Positions 61,001-64,000 of a DNA stretch of 64,000 nt are shown here, one piece after another. The notes below the pieces were generated by a model. That model saw nothing but the letters and a program-made list of their open reading frames with translations, was not told the DNA's origin and made no database searches. The number at the start of each line of letters is the position of its first letter. The first letter of the stretch is position 1. The translations under genes were made by a program, and so were the position numbers. The stretch is from Paraspadella gotoi (taxonomy: Eukaryota; Animalia; Chaetognatha): assembly GCA_051294375.1 (NCBI GenBank), contig CM119268.1, positions 9,312,718 through 9,376,717 on the forward strand, in the 5' to 3' direction.

Positions 61001-62970
61001 AAATATGTTTTGTTTGTTTTATCAAAACAAACAAATTTTCTATTTTATTTTTATATTTCTTTCTCTCTCTCTTTTCTCTTCTAATTACATGTCTCTCTCC
61101 CTCTCTCATTTCGCTCTGCTCTGCTCTGCAGAGGCTTATTCTTTTTCTCTCTTTTCTCCTGCTGCTTCTGCTGCTGCCTTTTGATTTCTTTCTTTTTTTC
61201 TGGGTGCCTCTGCTGCTGCCGCTGCTGTTATTTACTTTTATATAGACACTTGAACTTATAATAACTCAAATAGATGCATTAATAATAAAGATGTTAGTTA
61301 AAAAAACTTTAAAGACTAAGAAAAACCAAATAAAAGAAGTCGTTAGAAGCGATCTTGTGTATTTATCGATTTTGGGTCGATGGAGCCGGGTCCGGATCCG
61401 GAAGAAAATTTAAATCGATACTGCAAAGGGTCACCAGTGAGTGGAACGCATCGCTTCGATCAAAATATTTGGTTCCGGTTGACCCGGAACTTACGCCTGT
61501 TACCGCATCGGTTTCTTTTTTTAAAAATGGCTATTCAAGGCCTCGTATCTCTTCCTTTCTGTCTCTTTACCCCTTTTTTGATCATCTTCTGCAGACGGTA
61601 CTTTAAAAACCTCTGGAGACGAGGATGCCAAAAGGGTTCTCCACATCACGCGGATGATTGCCAATTGGTCGTCCTCAGAGAAGCGAATCAAAGCTCAAAT
61701 GGTTGTCTACTCTGACAATAATGAAGGTTACGCTGTTATCTTGCCTCGAGTTATTGTCGCCGGGACTCTGACTCGTCGAGCGGTTGAGAATACCTGGCTC
61801 GTGTTGTCCAATCCAAAGGCTGATCGGGTCGGTAGTGAGATGAAAACCATGGTTAGGGCCCCGGCGGGATGGCACTTTGTCGGAGCCGACGTAGATTCGC
61901 AGGTAGTCATTATTAAATTCCCATTTAAAATAGATTTATTTCTTTTTTTTTTCTCTTTTTTTTCTATCTGGCCTTTTCTTAGGAGTTGTGGATAGCTTCT
62001 CTGTATGGAGACGCGCACTTTGCGCATCATCATGGGTGCACAGCCATCGGTTGGATGACGTTGCAAGGAAAACGCGAGGACGGGACTGATCTCCATAGCA
62101 AAACAGCCGCCGCATCTGGCTGCACTAGGTTTGTGTCGTCAGTAAAAACCTTTGTCTACGGTTGATAAAAACAGATAAAAACTTCTATCGATTTCACTTG
62201 GTAGGGACAATGCCAAGACCCTTAACTACGCGCGCATTTACGGCGCTGGCGAATCTTTGTCCAAAAACCTTTTGATGGGATTCGACTCGAGCCTTCGGGA
62301 GGAGGAGGCTCTGGCCAATGCTCGCGCCATGATTAGACTAACGAAGGGAGTGAAAAAACGGAAAAAACTTGGCACCGACGACAACGATTCAGGGACCGAA
62401 TGGACCGGCGGAACCGAGTCGCACATGTTCAACCAGCTGGAGCAGATAGCACGTACCCCTGCTTCAGCCACCCCCGTTCTCGGCGCCCGAATTTCTCGCG
62501 CAATGGAAGCCGGGTCTGTCGGGTCCAACTTCATGCCCTCGCGCATTAACTGGGCCGTGCAGTCGTCAGCCGTGGATTATCTTCACCTCCTGCTCGTCGC
62601 TTCTCGCCATCTCTTTGACGAGTTCCGCATAATCGGCCGTGTCTCCATCACCGTCCACGACGAGGTTCGCGCTTTGGTCCGGTCCGAGGATCGTTACCGC
62701 GCCGCCATGGCTCTGCAAGTAGCCAACCTTTGGACGCGATCCATGTTCGCCTTTAAGGTCGGCCTCCACGATCTTCCCATGTCGGTCGCGTTCTTTTCGG
62801 CCGTCGAAATCGATAAAGTTTTGAGGAAAAACGTCGATGATGATGCGGTTACGCCTTCGAATCCTGATGGTCTACGAGAAGAATATGGAGTTTCGCCTGG
62901 AGAGGCATTGAACGTTTACCAGATTATAGAGAAGACGAATGGAGGGCGGTTAGAGAAACCGCCAGTTTGA
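58016..62970 (+). CDS. POLG: Mitochondrial DNA polymerase gamma catalytic subunit
   Basis: NPLGIQLL, Exo I FDVE, Exo [10 protein letters not shown], Exo III YCAWDV, Pol A GADVDSQELW, Pol [14 protein letters not shown] and Pol C VHDEVR; about six exons. Confidence 0.96.
60797..61230 (+). mobile_element. Helentron/DINE-1-like element (family H2, copy 2) in a POLG intron
   Basis: T-run, ATCGTCGCAATCGC...TTGCGACGAT hairpin and (GTC)n; block 61124-61195 nearly identical to 36776-36845; 3' end not recognised. Confidence 0.65.
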
Positions 62971-63212
62971 AATTTAATGTGGGGAACGCTGGCTAATTTG
63001 TTCTCTTCAACATTTGTTTCATTGTTATTGTTCGAGAACCCTTTTCATGTTTAATTCCTTAGCGTGTACACTGTACAGTTGTAGTTTAACGACATTACAG
63101 TAAACAGCTCTTTAGTTGGCAGTTACAAAATTTAGTTAATTCCCGTAAATTTAGAAATTTTTTTTAATATTATGGAAAAGTTCTTTAGCTTAGGTCATAA
63201 ATCCTTTCAATC

Positions 63213-64000
63213 ATGACTGATTCGGGACGCCCGCAAGAGTTAACCGCCGAATGGTGTAACCCTCCGTCGCCGCTAAATTGGGTTTTAGGTCCCGTCAACG
63301 AAGGTTTTTCCGTCAAGGTCGAGGGATACGCGACAGAAACTTGCGATAGATTTAAAATCAATCTTCAGCGAGGCAGTGACGAAGACGCGGACGTGCTATT
63401 TCACTTCAACCCGCGGTTTGGGCAAAACGTTGTCGTTCGCAACGCCCGCTTCGGCGGCCTTTGGGGTCCAGAAGAGCGAGAAGGCGTGGTCCCTTTCGAG
63501 CGAAAAGTCCCTTTTGTCGTCGAAATATCCGTTAGCGAATTTTACTATTTCGCTCAGGTTGATGGGAAAACCCTTTGTTTATTTTCCCATCGTCGTCCAT
63601 TTTCTCTGTCTGACACTTTCGCAGTTTCCGGCGATCTGGTCCTGTCCAAAGTTTCGTTCAAAAGATCTTTTGGGCCTTCGTTGTCCGAATTGATGACCGG
63701 TCTTACGTTGGAGACGCCGAAGGCCGAGATACTGGCCGAGCCGCCGCCATATACCGAGTTGGATCCCTCTAAGATGCCCGCCAGGATTTCTAAATCAGGC
63801 CTGCCTTTGTCGACGCCTCTGCCCTTCGGATTCGCGCTCGGTAATTCCGTGGTAGTCAGCTTGACTTCTAAGCTGGTCGCCATCCGTTTCAAGGTGGAAC
63901 TTCGCGTGGGTCCCCCCGGCGTTTCCCCCGAAATGGTGCTGCTTCACTTTAACCCTCGCTTTGAGGAAGATGGTGGCGTCGTCGTCTTCAACACCAAGAT
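63213..64000 (+). CDS. Tandem-repeat galectin (runs off the window end)
   Basis: Open frame from ATG 63213, absent from the ORF track because it has no stop. CRD1: FKINLQ...LFHFNPRFGQNVVVRN...WGPEER. CRD2 begins ...VLLHFNPRFEEDGGVVVFNTK. Confidence 0.9.
   Translation, partial: MTDSGRPQELTAEWCNPPSPLNWVLGPVNEGFSVKVEGYATETCDRFKINLQRGSDEDADVLFHFNPRFGQNVVVRNARFGGLWGPEEREGVVPFERKVPFVVEISVSEFYYFAQVDGKTLCLFSHRRPFSLSDTFAVSGDLVLSKVSFKRSFGPSLSELMTGLTLETPKAEILAEPPPYTELDPSKMPARISKSGLPLSTPLPFGFALGNSVVVSLTSKLVAIRFKVELRVGPPGVSPEMVLLHFNPRFEEDGGVVVFNTK

Noticed and set aside
60570-61520. GGCTCCGGGTCCGGCTCCA and TGGAGCCGGGTCCGGATCC inverted motifs around the H2 copy in the POLG intron
   Set aside because: Probably an older repeat, but no termini or TSD could be defined.

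Overview
Gene-dense animal nuclear DNA with AT-rich intergenic sequence and mostly short (~60-100 nt) GT-AG introns. Sixteen genes lie on the + strand: a C2H2 zinc-finger gene, a PAG1/Cbp-like transmembrane adaptor, NSRP1, KIAA0825, NDUFS2, EEF2KMT, RBM7, NAT10, MTERF3, a KIF28/KLP-6-type kinesin-3, PHB2, HINT3, MRPL48, MRPS9, POLG and a tandem galectin running off the window end. The only recognised - strand gene is a mitochondrial-type creatine kinase nested in an NDUFS2 intron. From 33 kb onward many genes are only 55-250 bp apart and several have unpaired splice acceptors before the ATG. This suggests trans-spliced operons, and the run is rich in mitochondrial-biogenesis genes. Large introns and spacers hold nested transposons: two DIRS1-like elements (one full-length but frameshifted, one 2.1-kb non-autonomous) whose internal complementary region lies upstream of gag, two Helentron/DINE-1-like families, and hAT, Tc1/mariner and Chapaev-like MITEs. 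POLG carries an apparent SAP-domain insertion. All calls come from motif recognition by eye; no database search was run and the organism is not identified.
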